Of a stretch of 64,000 bases of DNA, positions 34,068-43,453 are shown piece by piece. The stretch's first letter is position 1. Each line of letters begins with the position of its first letter. The notes under the pieces were generated by a model. That model had not been told where the DNA came from. It searched no databases and saw nothing but the letters and a program-made list of their open reading frames with translations. The position numbers and the translations under genes are program-made. This DNA comes from Candidatus Bathyarchaeia archaeon (GTDB lineage Archaea; Thermoproteota; Bathyarchaeia; 40CM-2-53-6), in contig JBEKFP010000001.1 in NCBI GenBank assembly GCA_050013255.1, positions 864,001 to 928,000 on the forward strand, in the 5' to 3' direction.

Positions 34068-35279
34068 ATGAAACTTCTGATTGCAGATAGGCTTCCTCCT
34101 TCCCACGTCGATATGCTACGAAAAATTGTAGAGGACGTAGAATACGCACCAGAACTCACTGTTGATTCATTGCCAGATCACATCTCGGGTTCCAGAATCC
34201 TCGTAGTGAGGGGAACCAAGGTCAGCAGTAGCACGATTGAGAGAGACGTTGAATTAGAGTTGATCGTGCGGGCCGGGGCTGGAACCGAGAACATTGACCT
34301 CGAAACAGCATCAGCCCGAGGTGTCTACGTGACAAATTGCCCCGACAAGAACTCGGCCGCAGTGGCCGAACTAACACTGGGCTTGCTGATAGCAGTTGAC
34401 CGCCGCATCCCCGATCAGAGCATAGCCTTGAAGGAGAGAAGGTGGGACAAGGAGGAGTACTCGAGGGCAGATGGTCTAAAGGGTAAGATTTTCGGTGTCA
34501 TTGGCACGGGCGCGGTTGGTAGAGAGGTAATCAAACGCGCCAAAGCCTTCGACATGCCCGTCGTCGCCTGGTCGCCATCTCTCACCTACCAAAAGGCAGC
34601 TGAACTTGGTGTCACCCGCGCGGCGACCATCGACGAACTAATCGAAAAGAGCGATATCATCTCCCTACACGTCGCCCTAACTCCAGAAACCACACACATA
34701 CTTTCAGCTGAGCGAATTTCGAAGCTCAAGAAAGGTACCATTATCCTAAACACATCCCGCGGTGCCGTCGTTGACAACATTGCGCTGGCTGAAGCGCTAA
34801 AAATGGGTCGGGTGCGCGCCGGGCTTGACGTGTATGAAGATGAGCCAGCAAATGGCAAAGGAAAATTCTCGAGCGTCCTAGCTGGTGTCCCAAGCTGGGT
34901 GGGAACCGACCATATTGGTGCCTCCACAACTCAGGCCCAGGTTGCTACGGCAAGCGAAACTGTTCGGATTATTGAAAAATACGTCAAGACAGGAATTGTG
35001 GAGAATTGCGTGAATTTTGCGAAGGAATCGAGGGCAGCTTACGAACTAATAGTGAGGCATTATGATAGGATCGGTGTACTGACAAGAATTCTGACCGAGC
35101 TTAGGGAATCAAAGATCAGTGTCCACGAAGTGCACAATGTGATATTCGAAGGAGCCAAAGCAGCCGTCGCCCACATCCAGCTCGACACCTATCCACCGCA
35201 AGCGACCCTGGACAGGATCTCTGAACGAAAGACCGAGATTATCAGCGTGAAAATCTTAAAACTTCAACCCATCTCCTAG
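34068..35279 (+). CDS. serA: D-3-phosphoglycerate dehydrogenase-like D-2-hydroxyacid dehydrogenase with ACT domain
   Basis: RAGAGTENID, NSAAVAEL, GVIGTGAVG, NTSRG, DVYEDEP, HIGAST; C-terminal ACT (HYDRIGVL). Confidence 0.8.
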   Translation: MKLLIADRLPPSHVDMLRKIVEDVEYAPELTVDSLPDHISGSRILVVRGTKVSSSTIERDVELELIVRAGAGTENIDLETASARGVYVTNCPDKNSAAVAELTLGLLIAVDRRIPDQSIALKERRWDKEEYSRADGLKGKIFGVIGTGAVGREVIKRAKAFDMPVVAWSPSLTYQKAAELGVTRAATIDELIEKSDIISLHVALTPETTHILSAERISKLKKGTIILNTSRGAVVDNIALAEALKMGRVRAGLDVYEDEPANGKGKFSSVLAGVPSWVGTDHIGASTTQAQVATASETVRIIEKYVKTGIVENCVNFAKESRAAYELIVRHYDRIGVLTRILTELRESKISVHEVHNVIFEGAKAAVAHIQLDTYPPQATLDRISERKTEIISVKILKLQPIS

Positions 35280-35372
35280 GCATTCTTGCTGAAAGGCTTG
35301 AGCGGCTACGGAATCAAATTCATTTAACCTTCGGAAGAGGAACTGGAAGTCCCGAGCACACCCAGAAACACT

Positions 35373-36269
35373 TTGGAGGAAGAGTGGCCTATGCTGTTCA
35401 TCGCCTTAGTACTGATCATGGCAGCTGCCTTCCTACATGCGGGTTGGAACGTTTTAGCCAAGGTTTCTAAGGACACGTTTGCGTTGATGTGGTGGGCCAG
35501 CCTTTTCGGAACGTTTGGTTACGGTGCGTGGCTTCTGAGCAGTTCGGGCATCTATCTGAATCCGGGTTCATGGGTACCGTTCATTATCAGTGCAATCGCT
35601 GAGACTGGTTATTTCGTCACACTCGTTCGAGGGTACTCTGAGGGGGACCTATCTCTCGTGTACCCAATCTCAAGGGGCTCCGCACCGATTTTCGCAGTCT
35701 TCTGGAGTGCACTGGTCTTCTCAGAAAAGCTTCCTGTGCTAGGATACTTAGGGGTCGCTTTGATTGTGCTTGGAATTTTCATCGTTTCGAACCCGATCAA
35801 TCGTTCAGAGTCATCAGATGGCTCATGGCAAGTGAGCTCGCTCTTTCGGAAAAATGCGGCAGGCTGGGCGCTGGCCTCTGCAATCTTCATTTCGGTCTTT
35901 TCTGTTTCCGACAAGGTTGCCGTAGCGGCGACTCCTCCGCTGATCTACAATTGGTGGGTTGCCGCCGGCAATACGGTACTGTGGTCCCCCGTAGTTTGGC
36001 GTGGCTCCCGCCTACGAGCGAACATCAAAGAGCTCAGAACCAATTTGCGAGGCATATTAGCGACAAGCATAGCCATCACGATTGCTTACGGGGCCGCGCT
36101 GGCCGCGCTGGCTCTAACGAGCGCGAGTTATGTTGTAGCTGGCCGCGGCTTCAGCGTAGTCATCGGCGCGGTAGTCGGAGCATTATTGCTGAAGGAAAGT
36201 TTCGGTTCCAGCCGAGTAATCGGGGCACTAATTATGGTCACAGGGTTGGTGTTCATTGCGTTTTCTTGA
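35373..36269 (+). CDS. EamA/DMT family transporter
   Basis: 10 TM; HAGWN...K, GDLSLVYPISRG, LLKE. Confidence 0.88.
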   Translation: MEEEWPMLFIALVLIMAAAFLHAGWNVLAKVSKDTFALMWWASLFGTFGYGAWLLSSSGIYLNPGSWVPFIISAIAETGYFVTLVRGYSEGDLSLVYPISRGSAPIFAVFWSALVFSEKLPVLGYLGVALIVLGIFIVSNPINRSESSDGSWQVSSLFRKNAAGWALASAIFISVFSVSDKVAVAATPPLIYNWWVAAGNTVLWSPVVWRGSRLRANIKELRTNLRGILATSIAITIAYGAALAALALTSASYVVAGRGFSVVIGAVVGALLLKESFGSSRVIGALIMVTGLVFIAFS

Positions 36270-36333
36270 TTAACTTGCTTCGGGCATCATATTTTAAAAA
36301 GCAGTAGTAGGGTTTAGTAGTTGAGGAAAAACT

Positions 36334-36600
36334 TTGAAAACTCTGAAACTAGTGATCTTCGGTGTCATAGGCGGTATTGCGATTACTCTGCTGACCGGCC
36401 TATTTCCGAATACGCCTGAAATGTTGGTGGGTGCAGTATGGTACGGGTACCCGCTGGCTTGGCTTGTTCGGCAGCTGGGTAACCCTGCTTACCCAACGGT
36501 ATACAACCTAAGGCCACTTCGGTTCGTCGCCGACATTGTGGGCTGGGCTATTATCGTGGCAATCGTCCTGTTCGCCTACACACGAATGCGCAAGAAATAA
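36334..36600 (+). CDS. Small membrane protein
   Basis: Two TM helices flanking YGYPLAWL, basic C-terminus. Confidence 0.65.
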   Translation: MKTLKLVIFGVIGGIAITLLTGLFPNTPEMLVGAVWYGYPLAWLVRQLGNPAYPTVYNLRPLRFVADIVGWAIIVAIVLFAYTRMRKK

Positions 36601-36777
36601 TGGCCCTCTCCAAGTAACTCACTGTTTCCTCTCTTTCCTAGATCGCGGCGAGAATTCGTATTTTCTGTGGTTCCTGAAGTTTCAGTGAGTTTACGTATTG
36701 TTGACCGACTGAGACACGTGGTCGAAATGTTATCAAGACGGACTATGTCCGTAAACAGAGCCTATTGTTGTAAGACC

Positions 36778-37494
36778 TTATCCGTTGACTGTCACTTCGA
36801 CGGTTCCAGCTACCAGGTCATAACGCGCCCCAAGTAGGCTTATCTGGCCCGCGTCGAGGGCGTGTGAGATAATTTCGCTTGAGGATTTGAGTTGCTGAAC
36901 TTCCAACGCCACGTTAGCCCTCACTGAGTTATCGATCAAATCACCAGTTTGTCCCTTCGCAATCGTGACGGCAGGCTTGATGGCCTCAACTAAGGTTTCA
37001 ATCTGGCCGTCGGCTTGGGTGTTATTTTGGATTGCTCCAACAGCTGCTTTCACTGCCCCGCAACTCTGATGCCCTAGCACCATAATCAGTTTCGCGCCTT
37101 CTTCGACCGCAAATTCTAGGCTACCTAAAACTACGTTATCAATGACTTGTCCCGCTGTTCTTGCCACGAAGAGGTCTCCAAGTCCTTGGTCGAAGATGAT
37201 TTCGGGTGGGACGCGTGAGTCGATACACCCCAAGATAACTGCCCATGGGTTTTGTCCCTGTGAGACTTCTGCCCTACGCTCCTGCGAAAGGTTTGGGTGG
37301 AGTGAAGCCCCTGCAGCATAACGCCCGTTTCCATCCATCAATCTTCTGAGGGCGTCAGCTGGGGTTGTAACAGGTGCTAGTGTTGGTGGGGTGGGCGTTG
37401 AGAGCACTAAGTTCTTCGCGGCAAATCCTAAGGCAAATCCCGCTGCGGTCAAACCTGCTGCGGAAACGAATGTTCGTCGAGATAGCTTGCGCAT
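36778..37494 (-). CDS. Beta-class carbonic anhydrase with Tat signal
   Basis: SRRTFV twin-arginine motif; GCIDSRVPPE, RTAG, GSLEFA, GHQSCGAV. Confidence 0.92.
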   Translation of the reverse strand: MRKLSRRTFVSAAGLTAAGFALGFAAKNLVLSTPTPPTLAPVTTPADALRRLMDGNGRYAAGASLHPNLSQERRAEVSQGQNPWAVILGCIDSRVPPEIIFDQGLGDLFVARTAGQVIDNVVLGSLEFAVEEGAKLIMVLGHQSCGAVKAAVGAIQNNTQADGQIETLVEAIKPAVTIAKGQTGDLIDNSVRANVALEVQQLKSSSEIISHALDAGQISLLGARYDLVAGTVEVTVNG

Positions 37495-37600
37495 GGTTCA
37501 ACTCTCCTTACCTTTACTTCATTCTAAGGTGAAAAGCCTTTGCAGGATTTATTTGAGGGGCCCTTGGTACGGGGGTTAGGTCGTGGAAGAGTCGGCTAGG

Positions 37601-38266
37601 ATGAAGACGTGTGGTTGGGCAACTAGCGACCCATTGCTAAAGGAATACCACGACAAGGAATGGGGCGTTCCACTTCATGAAGACGTGAAATTATTCGAAT
37701 TCCTCATTCTGGAAGGAGCCCAGGCAGGCCTCAACTGGTTGACTGTTCTGAAGAAACGCGAAAATTACTCACGTGCTTTCGACTCATTCGACCCAGCAAA
37801 GGTCGCTCGATATTCAGGCATAGACACTAGGCGGCTTCTCTCAGATCCGGGGATTATACGTAATCGGCTGAAGATTGCGGCAGCGATCACGAATGCTCAC
37901 AAATTCTTGGACGTTCAAGAGAACTTCGGTTCCTTTGATAATTACATTTGGCAATTCACAGGTGGTAGACCAATAAAGCATCATTTTAGGTCAATGTCTC
38001 AGGTCCCCGCAAAATCAAGGGAATCGGATGCTATGAGTGAGGGCCTCTATAGGCGAGGGTTCAAGTTTGTTGGGTCGACAATCTGTTATGCTTTCATGCA
38101 AGCCGTGGGGATGGTGAACGATCACACGGTCAATTGCTTCAGGTACAAACAAACTAGCGTGCAAGCTTCGGCCGGTCAAATCTCCATGCCTAAATTCATT
38201 CCTCTGCCGTGTTCTAGGCTGGAAGACGTAAAGCTTATGCCATTGCGCGCTAAAATTCCACATTGA
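37601..38266 (+). CDS. tag: DNA-3-methyladenine glycosylase I
   Basis: CGW, YHDKEWG, LEGAQAGLNW, IIRNRLKI, GFKFVG, GMVNDHTVNC. Confidence 0.93.
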   Translation: MKTCGWATSDPLLKEYHDKEWGVPLHEDVKLFEFLILEGAQAGLNWLTVLKKRENYSRAFDSFDPAKVARYSGIDTRRLLSDPGIIRNRLKIAAAITNAHKFLDVQENFGSFDNYIWQFTGGRPIKHHFRSMSQVPAKSRESDAMSEGLYRRGFKFVGSTICYAFMQAVGMVNDHTVNCFRYKQTSVQASAGQISMPKFIPLPCSRLEDVKLMPLRAKIPH

Positions 38267-38350
38267 AATTTGCGTGGGCAAATACAAAATCCTAATCATT
38301 TGTCCTAATGTGGTTTGGCCTATCACGCTCGATTATGGAGAAGGAAATCA

Positions 38351-39892
38351 TTGGGTTCAACGCAACTCAAGCAGTTAAGACACAACGGCGTCCTAATCCC
38401 TGACGCTTACAACCCCCAAGGCTTCACCATCAGTTACCGCGGCACACCAATCAAATTGAACCCTCTACAGGAAGAGATGGCCGTCAGGTTTGCGCAGAAA
38501 TTCGGAACCCCCTACACCGAAGACCGAACGTTTTGCTCCAATTTCATGAAAGACTTCGCACAGGCACTACGGATCAAGGAGCAAGTCGCCGTCGAAGATT
38601 TCGATTGGGCTCCTATTGTGAAATGGATTGAAGCTGAGCGAGCCCGTAAGGCGAACATGTCGAAGGAAGCGAAGAAGGAGTTAGCTCAAGCCAGAAAGAG
38701 GATTCGAGAGGAGCGAAAGGAGCACTATGGTTGGGCCACAGTTGACGGCGCGAGAATGGAAATCGGAAACTATGCTGTCGAGCCACCGTCAGTATTCATG
38801 GGCCGCGGCAAGCATCCAATGAGGGGTCACTGGAAACCCGCCATAATCACTAAGGATGTCACCTTGAACTTGAGCCCTGACGCGCCTACACCGCCCGGAG
38901 AATGGGCGGGCCGTGAATGGCGGCCCGATGAACTTTGGATTGCTAAGTGGACCGATAAGCTAGCCGGGAAGGTGAAGTACATTTGGTTCCACGATGCTAC
39001 ACCAATGAAGCAGGAACGGGTTCAGGAAAAATTCGATTTAGCGGGTGAGTTGGATTCGAAGATCGCTAAGGTCCGCGCGCACATAGCAGAGGACCTTGCA
39101 AGCGAAGATATAAAGCGCCGCAAAGTGGCGACGGTAGCGTACCTGATTGACGTTTTCAAAATCCGTGTCGGGGACGAGAAGGAAACTGAGAGCGGCACAG
39201 TGGGGGCAACAAGCCTTCAAAGCGAGCACATTCGCTTCCATAATACGTCCCCCAGAGTCGAGCTGCATTTCCTCGGTAAGGATTCAATTCTGTTCGAGCG
39301 AGAGCTACCGGTCTCCAAGGAAGCTTACAGGAATCTGAAAGAGTTCGCCTCAAATGGCGGACGGATCTTCAGCGGGATAACCACGGAGGCCGTGCGAGAA
39401 TTCCTATCCGAAGCAATGCCACGCCTCAGCCCAAAGGTGTTCCGCACGTTTTCGGCAACCCAACTCTTCAGGCAGGAACTTAACACTAGCAAGGTCAGCG
39501 AGGAGAGTTCTGATGCAGAAAAAAAGATGGCTTTGATGGAGTCGAACGCAGCTGTAGCCCAGTTAATGAACCACCAGAAGGCCATACCAAAGAAATGGGA
39601 AGAGACTTACAAGAAACGGCTTGAAATGTTGCGGTCACTCAAGGGAAAGGAAGGTAAGATGGCCGCGAAAAGAAAGGCATCACTGAAACTTCGCCTCACG
39701 CAAATGAAACTCAACAAGAAATGGAACTTAGGGACATCGCTCAAGAATTACATTGACCCGAGAGTATCGGTGGCGTTTTGTCGAAAAGTAGGCTATGATT
39801 GGAAATCATACTATCCAAAAACTCTCGTGACCAAGTTCATGTGGGCTGATGAAAAACCGCAGGAGTACGCTACTGCGTCACAGACGGCGTAG
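38351..39892 (+). CDS. DNA topoisomerase IB (eukaryote-like archaeal type)
   Basis: LRHNGVL, EPP.VFMGRGKHPMRG; catalytic residues IRVGDEK, FLGKDS, KVFRT, NHQK, SLKNYIDPR. Start at TTG 38351 or 38315. Confidence 0.95.
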   Translation: MGSTQLKQLRHNGVLIPDAYNPQGFTISYRGTPIKLNPLQEEMAVRFAQKFGTPYTEDRTFCSNFMKDFAQALRIKEQVAVEDFDWAPIVKWIEAERARKANMSKEAKKELAQARKRIREERKEHYGWATVDGARMEIGNYAVEPPSVFMGRGKHPMRGHWKPAIITKDVTLNLSPDAPTPPGEWAGREWRPDELWIAKWTDKLAGKVKYIWFHDATPMKQERVQEKFDLAGELDSKIAKVRAHIAEDLASEDIKRRKVATVAYLIDVFKIRVGDEKETESGTVGATSLQSEHIRFHNTSPRVELHFLGKDSILFERELPVSKEAYRNLKEFASNGGRIFSGITTEAVREFLSEAMPRLSPKVFRTFSATQLFRQELNTSKVSEESSDAEKKMALMESNAAVAQLMNHQKAIPKKWEETYKKRLEMLRSLKGKEGKMAAKRKASLKLRLTQMKLNKKWNLGTSLKNYIDPRVSVAFCRKVGYDWKSYYPKTLVTKFMWADEKPQEYATASQTA

Positions 39893-41917
39893 TACGCGAC
39901 TCCGCCTGGGGCGTTGACGTGCACGTTGCCGCCTTGGTCGTTTGCTTAACGCATGGTACAGGTAAACGTTGATGATTGCGAGCGCAGCAATAACGGTCCC
40001 CATGCCTTCTAATGCGGTTCGGTTCGTTTCTAGGATTGGAACGAGGATTCCAAGTTCCTTTATTGTTTCCTGGGCAAGTGCCGAGGCATCAACTACCTCC
40101 GCCATCGCGGCGGAGTACCAACTTTCGTTGAAATTGCGTTCAGCATCGCTTGCAAGCTGCTTGGCTTGCTGGTACGACGTTGTGATGTTCTTGGGGAGGC
40201 CGAGTGTTTGGTCGCTGGTCAGCCGATCGATTTCCATCAAGTTTGCCTGCAAGCTCTGAAACTTCTCATCGAACGTAAGGTAATTTCCAGTCGTGAATGC
40301 GCCAAACGCTATGTCCCCTCCATACCTTGGCTCGAACCCAAGGTCGGGCCACCAACTCCAAACCATCTTCATGAATTGAGGCCCGCGGGTTGCCATTTGA
40401 TAGTCAATTAGATTGAAGTCCACGCTGTAGGTTCGCTCGAACCATGTGCGGTTCAGGTTAAGAATCGCCTGGGGGTTGATCTGCCCTTCCTTGACGAATG
40501 AGGGTATGCCTGCCTTCTCTACTTCACCCATGTCGGGTTGGTAGAACTGGGGGTAAAGACCCCACCAACTGGAGGAGACATATTTTGTGATGGCCAAGGC
40601 TTGCAGTGGGACTAATGAAGTGTCGGGGTAACGCATGCGTGTCAGCCAATCGGCAGCCAATACGGCGGAACGTGCGTATGTTTCATCGCTCGTGGTTCTT
40701 GTGAGGAAGAGAAGGCCGCGTATTGAGTATGCAGCGCTCCACAACGAAAGAGCGACGTCTGAACCGAACTTGTGCTTCTCAGTGTCGTAGCCATAATAGT
40801 AGCCGCCAACCGCCATGGGGTCGATCGCGTAAGTATGGTTGCCCCAAGCCATGTCAGCGCTAGTGACTTGGAAACTCATCAGCCATTTCGCATATGTTTC
40901 CGCCGCACTCAGGTACCGTTTGTCGCCTGTCAGCCTGTAGAGCTGCGTCCACGCCAAGAGCGTGAAACCTCCGTGGTTTGTTGAAACTGCGGTGGTATAC
41001 CTTGTTCCATTCCATTCGTAAGGCAGAGCACCGTAGACAGGTGTGTTGACCCATTCTTGGCTCATAAACTGTCTGGACAACATATACTGGCCGGCGGCTA
41101 CGGCTGAATTGAGGTAGGTCACGTTACCTGTTAGCAAGTATAGCTCAGCAAGAATCCACGCCGACTCGGTTGTCTCATACATTCTGGGCTTCCAGCCAAG
41201 ATTCCAATAATACTGCGTAACGGGAAACGCGCCAGTGTAATTCCCGGTTTTGATTTGTAATTTCACGAGCCAATTGCCATATCGGTTTAGGATTTGCAGA
41301 GCGCTCTCATCATGTGCCCAACGATAGTACGAAATTAGTGCGGCCGCTATGAGGTTCCCATGTTCAGGAGATGGAAAGGCAGCGTGCAGATTCACAGAAT
41401 CATCTTGTGTTCCGTATCGGGCGTCTGGGCCCGCAGAGACGTCTGCCTGTTCCGCCCAATAGCCGGAATTATCAAGCGTGATATTATGTCCATGAATGGT
41501 CGATAAGATGAGCGCTGGCGTGCTGGTCCTTCCGCTTGGAATTTGCGCGTTCTGGAAATAGTCGTAATAAACGTTGAAGACGTTGAGGTACCTAGGATCT
41601 TTGGTCTGCAGGTACGCGTCGAGCGCGGCGGAGGCCCCCAGGCCGGCATCGTGTCCGGCAATCAAGAACGCGAGCGTTTGTCTTTGACCAGCGGTTATGC
41701 CGTCGGTCCCAGCCGTAATGGTTCCATTATCAAAGTAGAACGGGTCGAGACCCCACGTGCGCTGATCTTGATATGGAATCCCCCATGACGCATTAAGGGG
41801 CGTAACTTGGAAGGAAGTTATCCAATTTGTTGCCTCCAATCCTAACCCGTAGTATCGTGATGCCAAATCATGATCTTGAACCGCGAGGGCCGGAGGCGTC
41901 TGCAACGCCACCGCCAA
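39878..41917 (-). CDS. Exported (alpha/alpha)-barrel glycoside hydrolase/lyase-like protein with C-terminal anchor
   Basis: Repeated LY.LTG...YL..A...A.WL...Q helical hairpins; C-terminal TM and Arg-rich tail. The signal peptide extends upstream of 41917 without a canonical start. Confidence 0.65.
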   Translation of the reverse strand: MAVALQTPPALAVQDHDLASRYYGLGLEATNWITSFQVTPLNASWGIPYQDQRTWGLDPFYFDNGTITAGTDGITAGQRQTLAFLIAGHDAGLGASAALDAYLQTKDPRYLNVFNVYYDYFQNAQIPSGRTSTPALILSTIHGHNITLDNSGYWAEQADVSAGPDARYGTQDDSVNLHAAFPSPEHGNLIAAALISYYRWAHDESALQILNRYGNWLVKLQIKTGNYTGAFPVTQYYWNLGWKPRMYETTESAWILAELYLLTGNVTYLNSAVAAGQYMLSRQFMSQEWVNTPVYGALPYEWNGTRYTTAVSTNHGGFTLLAWTQLYRLTGDKRYLSAAETYAKWLMSFQVTSADMAWGNHTYAIDPMAVGGYYYGYDTEKHKFGSDVALSLWSAAYSIRGLLFLTRTTSDETYARSAVLAADWLTRMRYPDTSLVPLQALAITKYVSSSWWGLYPQFYQPDMGEVEKAGIPSFVKEGQINPQAILNLNRTWFERTYSVDFNLIDYQMATRGPQFMKMVWSWWPDLGFEPRYGGDIAFGAFTTGNYLTFDEKFQSLQANLMEIDRLTSDQTLGLPKNITTSYQQAKQLASDAERNFNESWYSAAMAEVVDASALAQETIKELGILVPILETNRTALEGMGTVIAALAIINVYLYHALSKRPRRQRARQRPRRSRVLRRL

Positions 41918-42207
41918 AAAGATGAGTAAGAGTGGGATGATGCGTCTTGTTACTGACGTAATAATGCGACTCGTGTTCTTTATCTCAATCTTCTCGATGT
42001 TTGAGAACTAAGCCCTGTACTTTCCCAAGCACAGTTTGTTTCAGTACCATAAACCAATCGGGGTACAGGTTTTAGGCGGGTAAGTATTAAAGGCCATCGA
42101 CGATTGAAAGACATTATGCCATTATCGTGAGCACTAGTTTCCCAAATCGGGTTTTGCACTGAAGCCATAAGGAGAATTTGTTATTTCTTCGGAGTGTGAT
42201 GATTTAG

Positions 42208-42837
42208 TTGGCAGTCACAGTTCAAGAAGCTATTAGAACTCTGCGGAGTATGCGGCGCCTAAAGAGTGATCCAGTGGAACCGGAGAAGATTCAAGCAATT
42301 CTAACCGCTGCAGGGATGGCACCCTCGGGCGGAAACTCGCAACCGTGGGAGTTCATTCTGATCACAGACGCCACCGTCAAGGGGCAACTACGCGAACTTG
42401 TGGTTCAAGGGCTTGAAACGTATGCAAAGTCTAACCTGCGGATCCCCAAGGATACTCTACCAGAATTCCTATCCTCCACGAACCCCGTAGCCTGGCTCGC
42501 TCAGAACACCGACAAGATTCCGGTTCTAATTCTCGCATGCCTCAACACGAAACGGGCAAAGCGGCTTACGGATGATTGGGCTTGGCTTGAGGAGCAGTCG
42601 AACTGGGCCTCCATCTTCCCAGCCGTGCAAAACCTCCTATTGGCAGCGCGAGCCTTGGGTCTAGGAACAGCCATTTCAATCTTCCCACTATTTCGAATTG
42701 CCGATCTGAAGGCGGTCCTTCAACTTCCCGATTACGTGAAGCCAGCTATACTCATTTACGTGGGTTACCCAGCGTCGCGCTTCAGCGAACCGAAACGGCA
42801 TCCAATCGAGAATTTCATCCATGAGAACAAATGGTGA
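42208..42837 (+). CDS. Nitroreductase family flavoprotein
   Basis: RSMRR, APSGGNSQPWEF, SIFPAVQNLLLAARALGLG, VGYP. Confidence 0.9.
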   Translation: MAVTVQEAIRTLRSMRRLKSDPVEPEKIQAILTAAGMAPSGGNSQPWEFILITDATVKGQLRELVVQGLETYAKSNLRIPKDTLPEFLSSTNPVAWLAQNTDKIPVLILACLNTKRAKRLTDDWAWLEEQSNWASIFPAVQNLLLAARALGLGTAISIFPLFRIADLKAVLQLPDYVKPAILIYVGYPASRFSEPKRHPIENFIHENKW

Positions 42838-42856
42838 GTAGGTAAAATCAGACCCC

Positions 42857-43453
42857 ATGTCACATTATCGCAATTCTGAGGATCTTGTAATTAGGTTCAG
42901 CACTCAAGTAAAAGCCGTGGGCGGTTACTTCACCTCCCTCACAAATTTCGCCGAAGTCACCGAGTACGTAAGCAAATTGGCTTCAACGATGAAGGCGAGG
43001 CGAATAGCAGTCAGCGGAGCAGGCCTCTCTTCCCCGCTATTAGTTCCTAAGCTTCTCATCCCTTGTGACCTGATAAGCCTGGCAAACATGGAGAGGGCAG
43101 ATTTCTTTGAAGCGCTTAAGTCAGCTGAGATTGGCGTCACTTGTGCAGACTTAGGCGTCGCAGAGACGGGGACGTTGATTATTGCAACCACGGATGAATT
43201 GGACCGGCTCGTCACAGCACTGCCTTTACTCCACGTCGCGATTCTCCCCCGTTCTAAGCTTGTCTTCGCGCTCGACGATGCGCAGAAACGAATTTCCCAA
43301 CTTCTTATGAATACTTCAGCCGCGGTTTCCATTTCACTCATCTCCGCCTCGAGCAGAACCTCGGATGTTGGTGGTATCAGCATCTTAGGAGCGCATGGGC
43401 CGAAAGAATTGCATGTCTTACTCCTCGACCAAGACCTTCCGGGAGGCCTATGA
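42857..43453 (+). CDS. lutC: LutC/YkgG (LUD-domain) protein
   Basis: GVAETGT, LP.LH, LISASSRTSD, GAHGPKELHV. Confidence 0.85.
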   Translation: MSHYRNSEDLVIRFSTQVKAVGGYFTSLTNFAEVTEYVSKLASTMKARRIAVSGAGLSSPLLVPKLLIPCDLISLANMERADFFEALKSAEIGVTCADLGVAETGTLIIATTDELDRLVTALPLLHVAILPRSKLVFALDDAQKRISQLLMNTSAAVSISLISASSRTSDVGGISILGAHGPKELHVLLLDQDLPGGL

